Shown here: positions 25,682-36,731 of the stretch, piece after piece
How positions within the stretch are numbered: the stretch's first letter is position 1
How the letters are laid out: each line of letters begins with the position of its first letter
IMG/VR virus record: IMGVR_UViG_3300005611_000006
Direction: 5' to 3' (one strand)
DNA: 64,000 bases
Source of the DNA: a virus
Taxonomy: Duplodnaviria > Caudoviricetes
Translations under genes and position numbers: made by a program
Notes under the pieces: model-generated
What the model saw: only the letters and a program-made list of their open reading frames with translations
Databases searched by the model: none
Told to the model about the DNA's origin: nothing

Positions 25682-28384
25682 ATGCCAGTATCAGGTTCTA
25701 CAAATTCAGTATATGTACCAACTAGTCTTGGTGTTAATTCCTTTAAGTTAAAGCATAGAGGAGATTCAATTTTCTATAAAATTTTTAATGCATCAGATTC
25801 TGAAATTATAGACCTAGATAGGGATAGAATAAAAATTAAAAATCACTTTTTTAAAACTGGAGAAAAATTAACTTACGAAATTGAGGAAGGTGGACAAAGA
25901 TTAGGAATTTCTACATTAAGTCCTGGAAATACTTTATCAACTTCATTTTTACCAGATGAGGTATATCCAATAGTTGTTGATTCTGAAAATATAAGACTTG
26001 CTTTTAGTACTTCATTAGCAGAATCAAATCAATATATAGATATTACTTCTCTTGGAATTGGAACAGTTCAATCCTTTGAAGCAGAAAAGCAAAATACAAA
26101 GTGTATAATTCTAATTGATAATATTATACAATCTCCAGTTTCTGTTGCATCTACTGTAGGTATAACAGATTTTACCTCAAGTAATTTAGTTTTAAATAAT
26201 TTAGATAACATAAACATAGGATCAACTCTTAAAATAAGTGATGAATTAGTTAAAGTAACAAAAGTTGATTATTCAAATAATACAATAACTATTTTAAGAG
26301 GTCCAGATTACTTAGGTACTGAAAAAGAAGATTTTACATCTGCAACTACAGTTGCTAGTGTAATGTCTGGACAATATAATATTGTTGAGGACGTTATTTA
26401 CTTTTGTGATCCTCCATTTGAAGGTATTAGACTTAAGTATCAATTAACCCCTTCAGATTTTAATTATCTTGATAATTCTTTTAATATATTTGATAGTAAA
26501 ATAGAAACTGGTTCAATTATAACAATATCCTCACAAAATCCCCCAGAAGGATTAGAAGGATCTACAACTTACTTTGCAATTAAAAATACTGAAAATAATT
26601 TCAGCTTTGCCGAAACTTATAATAAAGCAATTTCTGAAGATGCAATTACTATTCAAAATTTAGGTGGAATTGATCCAACAGCACCAGTAACTGATGTTGA
26701 TTTATTTTTATTAGATATAACTGGAGGTAGCACCTTTGAAGGAAGAGTTTTTCTTAGAAGTGATTATACAGGAAATATTGTATTTGATGATTTTTCTGAG
26801 CAATTTAATGGAATAACTTCATCTTTTGAACTTACGCAATCTGGAATATCTACTGTAGGAATAAAGTCTGATAATGGAATTGTTTTGATTAATAATATTT
26901 TTCAGTATCCTGAATTTGATGAATCATTTTATTTTGATGAGTCTGGATCTTCAACAAATATAATTTTTACAGGAATATCTTCTGCAAATGGATTTACTAC
27001 TACTAAAGATTATGATGTGAATGTTAGAGGTCTTCCAAGAAATGGTATTATAGTTTCTTATGGAACAACTAATGGAACTAATTATCAACCTCAAAGAAGT
27101 GCATCTTTATATGAAACTGAAATAGTTGAAGATGGAAATGGATTTTATATTATTGATAATGATAATATTGGAATTGCTTATAGTGGTTCTGGATATAGAG
27201 ATGTCGCAGGATATGCAACTTCAGTATTCTTTGAAAACATATATGGACAAAGAATTTCAGGATATGGTACAGCAATAATTGAAAATGGATATGTAACTAG
27301 TATCGATATTTCCATAGGTTCAACATATTTACCATCAGATCCAACACCAGTTATAAAAATTGATCCTCCAATTCCATATTCAAATGTTGAACTTTCTGGA
27401 GTTTCGAATGGAATTGGTGCTAAAGCATCTTTAGTAGTTAATGATGATGGTACAATATCTAAATTAACTCTTACTAATACAGGATATGGGTATACAGTTG
27501 GAGAAGTTCTTACAATCCCATCTATTGTTGGCACATCTACTCAAATTTCTTCAGAAAGGATAGAATTTACAGTTTTAAGCGTTGGTAAAGATACATTTTC
27601 TGCTTGGAATATCGGTAATCTTAGAAAATTAGATGATTTGAGTCAGTTTGCAAATGGCACTAGAAGATCTTTTAATATTAAAGAAAATGGAGATCTTCTC
27701 AGTTTAGAATCTACTCCAGGATCAGATATAGATATTTCTCAAAATCTTTTAATATTTGTAAATGATGTTTTGCAAACTCCTGAGGATTCATATTCATTTA
27801 CTGGAGGAACTCAAATTATATTTTCTGAAGCTCCTCCAGCAGGAAGTTCTGTAAAAGTATATTTCTACTCTGGTAGTCAAGGTGATACATCTATTGTTGA
27901 CATAATACCTCCAATAGAAATTGGAGATGAACTTAATATAAAGAAAATAGTAGAAAAAAATCCAGAAACTCAGTTAAAAAGAACTGCTAAAAGAATTATA
28001 TCTTCTGATATTTTAAAAACTGAACTGTATGATGATAAAGGTCTATCTTTTGATTCATTTACATATAGACCAATAAGTTTAACACCGCAAAAAAGAGATA
28101 TTTTAATTGGTGGAGAATATATAACTAAATCAAGAGAATCATTAAAATCTAAACTTATTTCTTATACATTTATTACTACTGCACCTGGAACATTTGTAGG
28201 GATAAATACAAATTCTGTTGGAATTGATACTACTTCAATTCAGATTGGTGATTACCTCGAATCTGAGTACACTGATGGACATACCATCATATCAATTTCT
28301 GCTGGTGAAGTTGGTCTATCAACAGACTCTACTTTTGATGGAAGTGTTTCTCCTGTTGATTGTAATATATGGAGAAAAATTTGA
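25682..28384 (+). CDS. virion structural protein (baseplate-associated)
   Basis: Beta-rich G.GY repeats and LLIFVNDVLQ.P..SY...IIFSEAP module; lies between gp7-like and gp8. Confidence 0.7.
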   Translation: MPVSGSTNSVYVPTSLGVNSFKLKHRGDSIFYKIFNASDSEIIDLDRDRIKIKNHFFKTGEKLTYEIEEGGQRLGISTLSPGNTLSTSFLPDEVYPIVVDSENIRLAFSTSLAESNQYIDITSLGIGTVQSFEAEKQNTKCIILIDNIIQSPVSVASTVGITDFTSSNLVLNNLDNINIGSTLKISDELVKVTKVDYSNNTITILRGPDYLGTEKEDFTSATTVASVMSGQYNIVEDVIYFCDPPFEGIRLKYQLTPSDFNYLDNSFNIFDSKIETGSIITISSQNPPEGLEGSTTYFAIKNTENNFSFAETYNKAISEDAITIQNLGGIDPTAPVTDVDLFLLDITGGSTFEGRVFLRSDYTGNIVFDDFSEQFNGITSSFELTQSGISTVGIKSDNGIVLINNIFQYPEFDESFYFDESGSSTNIIFTGISSANGFTTTKDYDVNVRGLPRNGIIVSYGTTNGTNYQPQRSASLYETEIVEDGNGFYIIDNDNIGIAYSGSGYRDVAGYATSVFFENIYGQRISGYGTAIIENGYVTSIDISIGSTYLPSDPTPVIKIDPPIPYSNVELSGVSNGIGAKASLVVNDDGTISKLTLTNTGYGYTVGEVLTIPSIVGTSTQISSERIEFTVLSVGKDTFSAWNIGNLRKLDDLSQFANGTRRSFNIKENGDLLSLESTPGSDIDISQNLLIFVNDVLQTPEDSYSFTGGTQIIFSEAPPAGSSVKVYFYSGSQGDTSIVDIIPPIEIGDELNIKKIVEKNPETQLKRTAKRIISSDILKTELYDDKGLSFDSFTYRPISLTPQKRDILIGGEYITKSRESLKSKLISYTFITTAPGTFVGINTNSVGIDTTSIQIGDYLESEYTDGHTIISISAGEVGLSTDSTFDGSVSPVDCNIWRKI

Positions 28385-28411
28385 TAAATAAGGATAAAAT
28401 AGACTTTTAAA

Positions 28412-29968
28412 ATGCCAGCAATTATATCAGACAATTTAAAAATTCAAAATTGCTCTAATTTTATCTCTCAAGTTGCAGGTTCGGCAAATAATAACAATGA
28501 ATCTAATTACTATATGTTCATTGGACTTGCGAATCCTGATGAGTATTTTTTAGATTGGGATTCAAATCCACAATCACCAATAGATAATACAACTTATCTA
28601 AATTCTTATAGAGATAATATTCTTGGAGTTAAAAGAATAAAAGAATCAGATGTAGTTAGAGTTATTCCTAAAGTTGAGTGGAAGACTGGAACTACTTATG
28701 ATATGTATAGACATGATTATAGCATACATAACCTTACAAAAGTAACTGGATTTAGTAGTTTATACGATAGTAATTATTACGTTATAAATGATTATAGAGT
28801 TTATATTTGTTTAAGTAATGGTGCTTCATTCTCTAATAGTATGAAGGGATTACCTTCTACCATAGCCCCAGTTCATACTGACACTGCAGATTTAACTGAT
28901 AAAGGAGATGGATATGTTTGGAAATATCTTTATACTATTACTCCTGGAGATTTCTTAAAATATGATTCTACTGATTTTATTTCAGTTCCAAATAACTGGA
29001 AAACTTCTTCAGATGCTTCAATCATATCTGTTAGAGGAAATGCTATAGATGGAGAGATAAAAATTGTTCTCATTGAAAAATCTACAGCATACAATATTAC
29101 CTCAAATACTGTTACTTGTAATATTGAAGGGGATGGAACTGGAGCAACTGCATCAGTAACTTTTGACAACTTAGGTAAACCAATCAAAGTTCAAGTTTTA
29201 ACTGGTGGATCTGGATATACTTTTGGAACTTTGAATCTAGATGCTGTAGTTTCTCCTATAGATAGTTCTAATAAGTCTATCTTTAATGTAATTATTCCTC
29301 CAGAAGGTGGTCATGGTGCTGATATATACAAAGAATTGGGAGCGTATAGAGCTTTAGTTTATAGTAGAATAGAAAACTCATTAACAAACCCAGACTTTAT
29401 TGTAAATAATCAATTTGCAACAGTTGGAATTATAAAAGATGTTAAGACATATAATACCTCAGGACTTTTTACAGATGATACTGGATCAGGTTTATATGGT
29501 ATAGCACTTAATACTACTGATGTATTAGCGAGTGATTCATTTATAGAGCAATCATCTACTAATGCTAGAGGAACTTTAATCAGTAGTTCGGAAGTTTCAG
29601 GTGTAACTATAGTAAAATACTCTCAAAGTAGAGATGATTATACAGACTACTATAATTCAAATAATATTATAAAAACTTTCGATCCTTATATTGTAAATCC
29701 AGATTACTCAGGTATAACTACATCTACGGTTTATAGTTCTAGCGAATTTGATATTACTGATGTAACAATTTCTTCTACTAATTATGGTGTTGCAAACATT
29801 AGTGGGAATGAATATGAAGGAGCATATCTTGGTCAAACATTTACATCAGGTATTTCAAAACCTGACATAAATACAAAGAGTGGTGATATTTTGTACGTAG
29901 ATAATCGAGCATCTGTAACCAGATCATCACAACAAAGAGAAGACATTAAAATTATTATAGAGTTCTAA
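28412..29968 (+). CDS. gp8: baseplate wedge subunit gp8
   Basis: W..GTTYDMYRHDY, YRVYICL.NG, DGYVWKYLYTI and GDILYVDNR..REDIKIIIEF. Confidence 0.92.
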   Translation: MPAIISDNLKIQNCSNFISQVAGSANNNNESNYYMFIGLANPDEYFLDWDSNPQSPIDNTTYLNSYRDNILGVKRIKESDVVRVIPKVEWKTGTTYDMYRHDYSIHNLTKVTGFSSLYDSNYYVINDYRVYICLSNGASFSNSMKGLPSTIAPVHTDTADLTDKGDGYVWKYLYTITPGDFLKYDSTDFISVPNNWKTSSDASIISVRGNAIDGEIKIVLIEKSTAYNITSNTVTCNIEGDGTGATASVTFDNLGKPIKVQVLTGGSGYTFGTLNLDAVVSPIDSSNKSIFNVIIPPEGGHGADIYKELGAYRALVYSRIENSLTNPDFIVNNQFATVGIIKDVKTYNTSGLFTDDTGSGLYGIALNTTDVLASDSFIEQSSTNARGTLISSSEVSGVTIVKYSQSRDDYTDYYNSNNIIKTFDPYIVNPDYSGITTSTVYSSSEFDITDVTISSTNYGVANISGNEYEGAYLGQTFTSGISKPDINTKSGDILYVDNRASVTRSSQQREDIKIIIEF

Positions 29969-29971
29969 AAA

Positions 29972-32900
29972 ATGTCACAAAGCACAAATTTAAATGTCAA
30001 TCCATATTATGACGATTTTGATTCCCAAAAAAACTACTATAAGGTACTCTTTAAACCTGGAGTAACTGTTCAAGCAAGAGAACTTACAACTTTACAGTCG
30101 ATTTTACAAAATCAGATTGAAAAATTTGGTAGTAGTTTCTATTCAAATGGTGGAATAGTAATTCCAGGAAACTTTGCATATGACGGAACTTTTACTTGTG
30201 TTGAAGTCGAATCTACGTACAAAGGAGTTGATGTAGAGACATATTTCAATTCTTTAGTTGGAAAAGTTGTAGAGGGTAAAAATACAGGAATTACTGCAAA
30301 AGTAGAAAGTGTTTTATCAAAAATTAATTCTATTAGAAACGTAACAACTTTATATATCAAGTATCAAAAATCTTCATCAGACGACTTTTCTACAGAAATT
30401 TTTGAAAATGGTGAGGAATTGTCAGTACAATCTGATGTAGTTTCAGGAAGTACTTTAATAGAATCTGGACAAGATGTATTTAAAGTAATTTCTCCAGTTG
30501 ATAGAAGTGCTTGTTCTGTTGGTTCTGCTGCAAAAATTGAATCTGGTGTTTATTTTATAAGAGGTTATTTTGTAGATATTGAATCTGATTTAATTTTATT
30601 GGATCAATATACAAATACTCCATCATATAGAGTTGGTTTAAATGTAAAAGAAAGTATTATAGATGCTAATGATGATTTATCATTGTATGATAATGCTCAA
30701 GGATTTTCAAATTATGCTGCGCCAGGAGCAGATAGGTTTAAAATATCTTTATCTTTATCTAAGAAAGAAATTGATGATTTTATTGACAATGATTTTATTG
30801 AACTCTTTAGAGTTGAAAATGGAATAGTCAAAAAAATTAAACAAAATGATCAATACTCCTGGATAAATGATATATTAGCAAGAAGAACTTTTGATGAATC
30901 GGGAAATTATTATGTTTCTCCTTTTGGAGTAGAATCCTTAGAGTCTTTAAATGACAGATTGGGTAATCAAGGATTATATTTGAGTAGTCAAAAAACTTCT
31001 GATGGATCTACCCCATCAGATGATTTAGCTGTTCTTAAAATATCTCCAGGAAAAGCTTATGTTAAAGGATATGAAGTGCCGACTTCTACTGAAGTTTTAG
31101 ATTTACCAAAACCAAGAACTACAAAAGAAGTAGAATCATCCTCTAGCAATTTTTATGCTGCGAATTTAATTAGAGTTAATAATGTTCAAGATTTACCTAA
31201 GATAGGTTTAACCACTGATTCTTCTATATCTCTCTATGATTCTAGATTGGTAAATGGATCTGTTTCAGCAGGAACAACAATTGGACTAGCTAAAATATAT
31301 GATTTTGAATCTCATAATAATTCATATGAAGATGATTCTAGTCAATCTAACTTATACTTATTTGACATTCAGACATATACAAACTTAACTTTAAGTGGTT
31401 CAGTAACTGCAGGTGTTGGAGAGTACGTTCAAGGGCAGTACAGCAATGCCTCAGGATATGTTAAATCTGGATCTGGTGGCGATTTAACTCTATATCAAGT
31501 ATCTGGTGAATTTATTGTAGATGAGCCTTTAATTATTTCTGGCATCTCAACAACTACTAATATTAATTCTATTCAAGACTACTCGATACAAGATATTAAA
31601 TCTGTTGGTGTTGACAATTTTGCTTCAGATACTTTACTTTCTAAAGAAATATCGGTTGATGGACCTTTCGACTTTGTATCAAGTGCAGGAGTTTCGACAA
31701 TAACTGCATTTGATGGAAGTGCATTTGCTACTGGATTTAAAGTTAATGATATTATTAAATACTCTAGATCTGGAGTAGATCTTCCAAGTTTTTCTAAAGT
31801 TACTAATATTAATAACTCTTTAACTAGCGTTACTGTTACAGGAGTTTCTACTGTTACAAATGTTTGTGATGGTGGTATTGGATCGACAACAACTTTACAA
31901 AATATCAAAATAGTTAGACCAGAAGTATTAAACTTTGAAGATTCTTCACTATATTCGAGATTAAATAATAGTAATATTTCAGAAATTAGTTTCTTAAATT
32001 CCAGTATTTTCACTAAAAAATATTATGATGGTCAAACTATTTCCGGCAATTCGATAACATTACCATCTCTACTCAATACAGATTTTGTTTATGCTGCTTT
32101 TGATGAGGAAAGATATAGTTTAGTTGATGATTCTGGTAATGGCATAGATTTATCTTCAGCAACGTTTAATCTTACAAATGGTGGAAAAGATGCAGAATTT
32201 ACAGGATTGAGTGTAGCAACTGCATCTGCAGCAAAGGTGATAACCACTCAAATTAAATCAAATATTTCGCAGAAATTTAAAAAACTACAAAGAGTACAAT
32301 CAGTTGTAGTAAACAGGACAAAATATAATCCCTCTAGAAATGGTGGATTATCTAACTCTACAGTTTATGGAACTAGAGTTGAAGATTCCGAAATAAGTTT
32401 AAATTATGCAGATATAGTTGAAGTTCACGGAGTATATCAATCATCATCTACATCAAATCCAGAGTTACCTTCTATTACATTTTCTGGCACTTCTGCTGGA
32501 AGTTTGAAATTTGGAGAGGTATTTATTGGACAAACTTCTGGTGCTGTTGCAATTTATGCAGAAAGAATAACTAGTAGCAGAATTTCTTTTGTGTATAAGT
32601 CTAGTAATAAGTTTATTGAAAATGAAGATATCAAATTCCAAGAGTCTACAAGAACTGCTACAATATTAACTGTAATTGAAGGAGAAGAAAATATACTATC
32701 AGATTTTATTCTAGATAATGGTCAAAGAAAGCAATTCTATGATTTTGGTAGATTAGTAAGAAAAACAGCATCAAAAGATCCTTCTGCAAGATTAAAAATT
32801 ATTTTTGACTACTTTAAGTTTGAGTCTACAGATTCTGGAGATTTAATTGGAGCAAACAGTTATCAAGAATTTTTATCTAAAAACAAAATTCCAGTTTTCA

Positions 32901-35900
32901 ATGGAATAAAAAATTCTGATGCTATTGATATTAGACCAAGAGTATCTGATTATAGCACTTCATCAAATATAAGTCCATTTGAATATGGATCTAGATCTTT
33001 TGATAATGGTTCAAATAATTCATCTCAAGTACTTTCATCTAATGAATCAATAATTTTTGATTATAGTTTCTATCTTCCCAGAACTGATAAATTAACTTTA
33101 GATAGAAATGGTAATTTTAATTTAGTGCTTGGAGAACCTAGTGAAACTCCAGTTAAACCACAAATAACAGAAGAAGTATTAGATGTCGCAACAATTGTAA
33201 GTTCACCTTACGTTTATGATGCTACAAAAGATATTAATATAATTTTAACTGATAATAAGAGATATACTATGTCTGATTTAAGAGACATAGAAAAAAGAGT
33301 TAATAATTTAGAATATTATAGTACTCTATCTCTTCTTGAAGTTGAAACTAAAAATCTTTTAGTTCAAGATTCTCAAGGTTTTAATAGATTTAAGTCTGGA
33401 TTCTTTGTAGATGATTTCCAAAATTATAATACTTCAAATACTGATTCATCCATTTTTAGGTCAAATATTAGTAATGGATCTTTAAAATCTGAAGTAAATA
33501 AAAATCAAATTACACTCAAGTTAGATTCTAATAATAATACTCAAATAACCGGAGATACATTAACATTAAAATACTCTGAAAATGAGTATCAAAAGCAACC
33601 ATTTGCAAGTAGGATTGTAAATGTAAATCCATTTAACATTGTAACTTGGACTGGAAAACTTCAATTAAATCCATCTTCTGATAGTTGGACTGTAGAAGTT
33701 TCTTCAGTTCAAGAGATTGCTGATGTTGATAGAAGAGGTCAAGTAGATCGTACTAGATCTTCTACTTCTATTCCATACATTAGATCTAGAAATATAGAGT
33801 TTATTGGAACTAGATTAAAGCCATCTACACAGTTTAACTTAATATTTGACTCTAGAAATTTATCAACAAATTCAACAGGAAATACTTATGCATTTCCTAA
33901 GTTATTACAGATATCAAATGTAGTTGGAACATTCTCAATCGGTGAGACTGTTCGAGGATTTGATAATAACGGAAATAGAATTTCATTTAGAATTTGCACT
34001 CCAAACCATAAAACTGGAACATTCAATAATCCAGATTCAACTTATAATGTTAATCCATATGAATCTAATGTTAAAATTCCTTCATCTTATGGTCCTCAGT
34101 CTACAGTATTGAATGTTGATACTTCATCACTTCAAATTTCAAATGAATCTTCTTATTTTGGTAATGTTACTTCTGGTATGAAATTGTACGGATCTTCAAG
34201 TGGAGCAACAGCAACAGTATCAGAATTAAAATTAGTTTCAGATGATAATGGTACTCTAATAGGTAGTATTTTTATTCCTGATCCAGACTCAAGTTCATTG
34301 AAGTTTAAAACAGGCAATACTTCTGTAAAATTAACTACCTCTACTGCTGCTTTAGGAGTTCCAGGAGAGTTTACAAGTTCTGCAGAAACTACTTTTAATA
34401 CTTCGGGAAGTAGAGTAGAGATCAGAACTGTTACTTATTACGATCCTTTAGCGCAGTCATTTATTGTAGAAGAATCAGAGGGTATTGTTCCAACTTCTGT
34501 TGACGTTTTCTTTGCAACTAAAGATTCTACATTACCAGTAACTCTACAGATTAGAGAAGTTTTAAATGGTCTTCCAGGTGGTCCTGATAAAATTGTTGGA
34601 GGTTTGGAAAAAATAATAAACCCAAATAAAGTAAAGGTTAGTAATAATGCTTCAGTTGCAACAAACTTTAAGTTTGATAATTTAACTAGATTAGAGGGAG
34701 GTAAAGAATATGCAATCGTTTTAATTTCAGATTCAAGTGATTATAACGTTTGGATATCTAGAGTAGGAGAAGTTGAAATTTCTACACAATCATTCACCGA
34801 AGCTCAAAAAGTTATAATTAATAAGCAACCATCTTTAGGTTCTCTATTCAAATCTCAAAACGGAACAACCTGGGTTCCAACTCCAGAAGATGATCTTAAA
34901 TTTACAATTAAAAATGCTAAGTTTAGTAATAAAGCAGGAACTTCAATTTTCTTTAATAGTGAAATTCCTACAAGATCAAATGAAAATAAACTTTCTTCAA
35001 ATCCAATTTTTTCAATATCATCATCTGCTTCAGAATATAATAGTGGAAGACATATTTTAGTATTTCATCCAAATCATGGAATGAATTCATTAACTAATAA
35101 AGTTGACATTGAAGGAATTATTTCAGACGTTCTTCCTGAGAAATTAACTGTTGCATATGGAATTACAGATTCTGGTCCAATATCTGTAGCAAGTGATACA
35201 ATATTTGAAGAATTTGAAGGATCTACAGTTAATAACTCTACAGCTTATGTTGTAATTAATGGTGAAATTATAAAATATGAAAATACTGGAAGTGATCAAT
35301 TAGTTGATATAACTAGAGCACAATTTGGAACAACGAAGTTAGATCATCCAGTAAATTCTTTAGTTTATAAGTATGAATTTAATAATGTATCATTGGAAAG
35401 AATTAACAAAACTCACGATATAATTGATCCTACAATAGATTCTTATTATATCCAAGTTGGATCTGGAAGTTTGTTTAGTGAAAGTAAGTTTGGTGGTGGT
35501 GATAAAGTTTATGCATCAAAAAATAAGCAATTTAGTAAGTTAGAATTTGATAATAACTTTATCACTAGATTTGAATCTACTTCTGTTGATTCTTCAGTTA
35601 GAACTGTAAGTTCTACTAGTATAGATGGTAGTGAAGTATCATTCAAGGATAAGGGATATGAATCTGTCGGGATCAATAGTATTAATCAGTTTACAGATCC
35701 GAGAATGGTTTGTTCAAGAATAAATGAAACTACATCATTAAATACTAATCAGTTTAAGGATAATAAATCATTTACTTTACAGTTAACTTTATCGACTAAT
35801 AATCAAGATTTATCACCTATACTAAATTTAAATAATTCAAATTTAATTGTTGAAAATAATAGAATAAATCAACCAATTGGTATAAATTCTTATTCAGTAG

Positions 35901-36325
35901 ACAATAGAATTAACTCAAACGTTGATGATCCAAATGCTTTAATTTATGTTTCAAACAGAGTTGATTTATCTCAAAGTGCATCATCGATAAAAGTTTTACT
36001 TTCCGCTTATAGATCACAATACTCTGATATTAGAGCTCTTTATAAAATTTACAGAGATGACAATCCAGATGAAAATCAAGTTTGGCAATTATTCCCAGGA
36101 TATTTGAATCTTGATGTAAATAATAAGATTATTAACACTTCAAATAATGATGGAAGATCTGATACATCAGTACCTTCTAGTTTAGAAAATGAATACCGTG
36201 AATATTCATTTACAATTGACGAGTTGCCACAGTTTACATCATTTGCTATAAAAATTGTTGGTACAAGCTCTAATCAAGCATATACACCAATTATTGAAGA
36301 TTTAAGAGTAATTGCTTTAAAATGA
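29972..36325 (+). CDS. VrlC-like / DUF4815 virion structural protein
   Basis: NVNPYYDDFD..KNYYKVLFKPG..VQARELTTLQS, APGADRF, RFKSGFFVD and DPLAQSF. Confidence 0.85.
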   Translation: MSQSTNLNVNPYYDDFDSQKNYYKVLFKPGVTVQARELTTLQSILQNQIEKFGSSFYSNGGIVIPGNFAYDGTFTCVEVESTYKGVDVETYFNSLVGKVVEGKNTGITAKVESVLSKINSIRNVTTLYIKYQKSSSDDFSTEIFENGEELSVQSDVVSGSTLIESGQDVFKVISPVDRSACSVGSAAKIESGVYFIRGYFVDIESDLILLDQYTNTPSYRVGLNVKESIIDANDDLSLYDNAQGFSNYAAPGADRFKISLSLSKKEIDDFIDNDFIELFRVENGIVKKIKQNDQYSWINDILARRTFDESGNYYVSPFGVESLESLNDRLGNQGLYLSSQKTSDGSTPSDDLAVLKISPGKAYVKGYEVPTSTEVLDLPKPRTTKEVESSSSNFYAANLIRVNNVQDLPKIGLTTDSSISLYDSRLVNGSVSAGTTIGLAKIYDFESHNNSYEDDSSQSNLYLFDIQTYTNLTLSGSVTAGVGEYVQGQYSNASGYVKSGSGGDLTLYQVSGEFIVDEPLIISGISTTTNINSIQDYSIQDIKSVGVDNFASDTLLSKEISVDGPFDFVSSAGVSTITAFDGSAFATGFKVNDIIKYSRSGVDLPSFSKVTNINNSLTSVTVTGVSTVTNVCDGGIGSTTTLQNIKIVRPEVLNFEDSSLYSRLNNSNISEISFLNSSIFTKKYYDGQTISGNSITLPSLLNTDFVYAAFDEERYSLVDDSGNGIDLSSATFNLTNGGKDAEFTGLSVATASAAKVITTQIKSNISQKFKKLQRVQSVVVNRTKYNPSRNGGLSNSTVYGTRVEDSEISLNYADIVEVHGVYQSSSTSNPELPSITFSGTSAGSLKFGEVFIGQTSGAVAIYAERITSSRISFVYKSSNKFIENEDIKFQESTRTATILTVIEGEENILSDFILDNGQRKQFYDFGRLVRKTASKDPSARLKIIFDYFKFESTDSGDLIGANSYQEFLSKNKIPVFNGIKNSDAIDIRPRVSDYSTSSNISPFEYGSRSFDNGSNNSSQVLSSNESIIFDYSFYLPRTDKLTLDRNGNFNLVLGEPSETPVKPQITEEVLDVATIVSSPYVYDATKDINIILTDNKRYTMSDLRDIEKRVNNLEYYSTLSLLEVETKNLLVQDSQGFNRFKSGFFVDDFQNYNTSNTDSSIFRSNISNGSLKSEVNKNQITLKLDSNNNTQITGDTLTLKYSENEYQKQPFASRIVNVNPFNIVTWTGKLQLNPSSDSWTVEVSSVQEIADVDRRGQVDRTRSSTSIPYIRSRNIEFIGTRLKPSTQFNLIFDSRNLSTNSTGNTYAFPKLLQISNVVGTFSIGETVRGFDNNGNRISFRICTPNHKTGTFNNPDSTYNVNPYESNVKIPSSYGPQSTVLNVDTSSLQISNESSYFGNVTSGMKLYGSSSGATATVSELKLVSDDNGTLIGSIFIPDPDSSSLKFKTGNTSVKLTTSTAALGVPGEFTSSAETTFNTSGSRVEIRTVTYYDPLAQSFIVEESEGIVPTSVDVFFATKDSTLPVTLQIREVLNGLPGGPDKIVGGLEKIINPNKVKVSNNASVATNFKFDNLTRLEGGKEYAIVLISDSSDYNVWISRVGEVEISTQSFTEAQKVIINKQPSLGSLFKSQNGTTWVPTPEDDLKFTIKNAKFSNKAGTSIFFNSEIPTRSNENKLSSNPIFSISSSASEYNSGRHILVFHPNHGMNSLTNKVDIEGIISDVLPEKLTVAYGITDSGPISVASDTIFEEFEGSTVNNSTAYVVINGEIIKYENTGSDQLVDITRAQFGTTKLDHPVNSLVYKYEFNNVSLERINKTHDIIDPTIDSYYIQVGSGSLFSESKFGGGDKVYASKNKQFSKLEFDNNFITRFESTSVDSSVRTVSSTSIDGSEVSFKDKGYESVGINSINQFTDPRMVCSRINETTSLNTNQFKDNKSFTLQLTLSTNNQDLSPILNLNNSNLIVENNRINQPIGINSYSVDNRINSNVDDPNALIYVSNRVDLSQSASSIKVLLSAYRSQYSDIRALYKIYRDDNPDENQVWQLFPGYLNLDVNNKIINTSNNDGRSDTSVPSSLENEYREYSFTIDELPQFTSFAIKIVGTSSNQAYTPIIEDLRVIALK

Positions 36326-36552
36326 ATAAATTCGCCAAAATAGATGGTCATCAAAATTTAATAAGAGATATTAAATCAAATGCAATAATAAATACTGACA
36401 TATCTGAGGGAAGCAATTATTTTCAAAATAGAGAGAAGAGAAAAGAAGACCAAGAAACCATGCAAAAATTGAAAAAAGATATCGATTCTCTAAAATCTTC
36501 AATTGATGAAATTAAATTTTTAATTAAAGGCATAAAAAATGAATCACAATGA
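36322..36552 (+). CDS. conserved hypothetical protein
   Basis: ORF track; KIDGH.NL.RD..SNAIINTD plus a coiled coil. Confidence 0.8.
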   Translation: MNKFAKIDGHQNLIRDIKSNAIINTDISEGSNYFQNREKRKEDQETMQKLKKDIDSLKSSIDEIKFLIKGIKNESQ

Positions 36553-36718
36553 AATTGAACTCAAAAATGTTACAAAGTTATTTGCATTTGAAAATTTATC
36601 TAGAGAAATAGATTCCATTGAAGATATTAATTCCTTAAGAAATGTATGTAAGTGTTACGTTAAACTTTACTTTAAACAACAAGAAACACTAAGTGAAATA
36701 AACATTCTAAATAGTTAA
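36539..36718 (+). CDS. small helical protein (59 aa), NblA-like candidate
   Basis: Translated by hand (MNHNEIELKNVTKLFAFENLSREIDSIEDINSLRNVCKCYVKLYFKQQETLSEINILNS); missing from the ORF track. Confidence 0.6.
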   Translation: MNHNEIELKNVTKLFAFENLSREIDSIEDINSLRNVCKCYVKLYFKQQETLSEINILNS

Positions 36719-36731
36719 AAAAGTAAAAATA

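Noticed and set aside
17495-36325. Diversity-generating retroelement or invertible tail-fibre locus
   Set aside because: No reverse transcriptase or invertase is present, and no template/variable repeat pair was noticed by eye.
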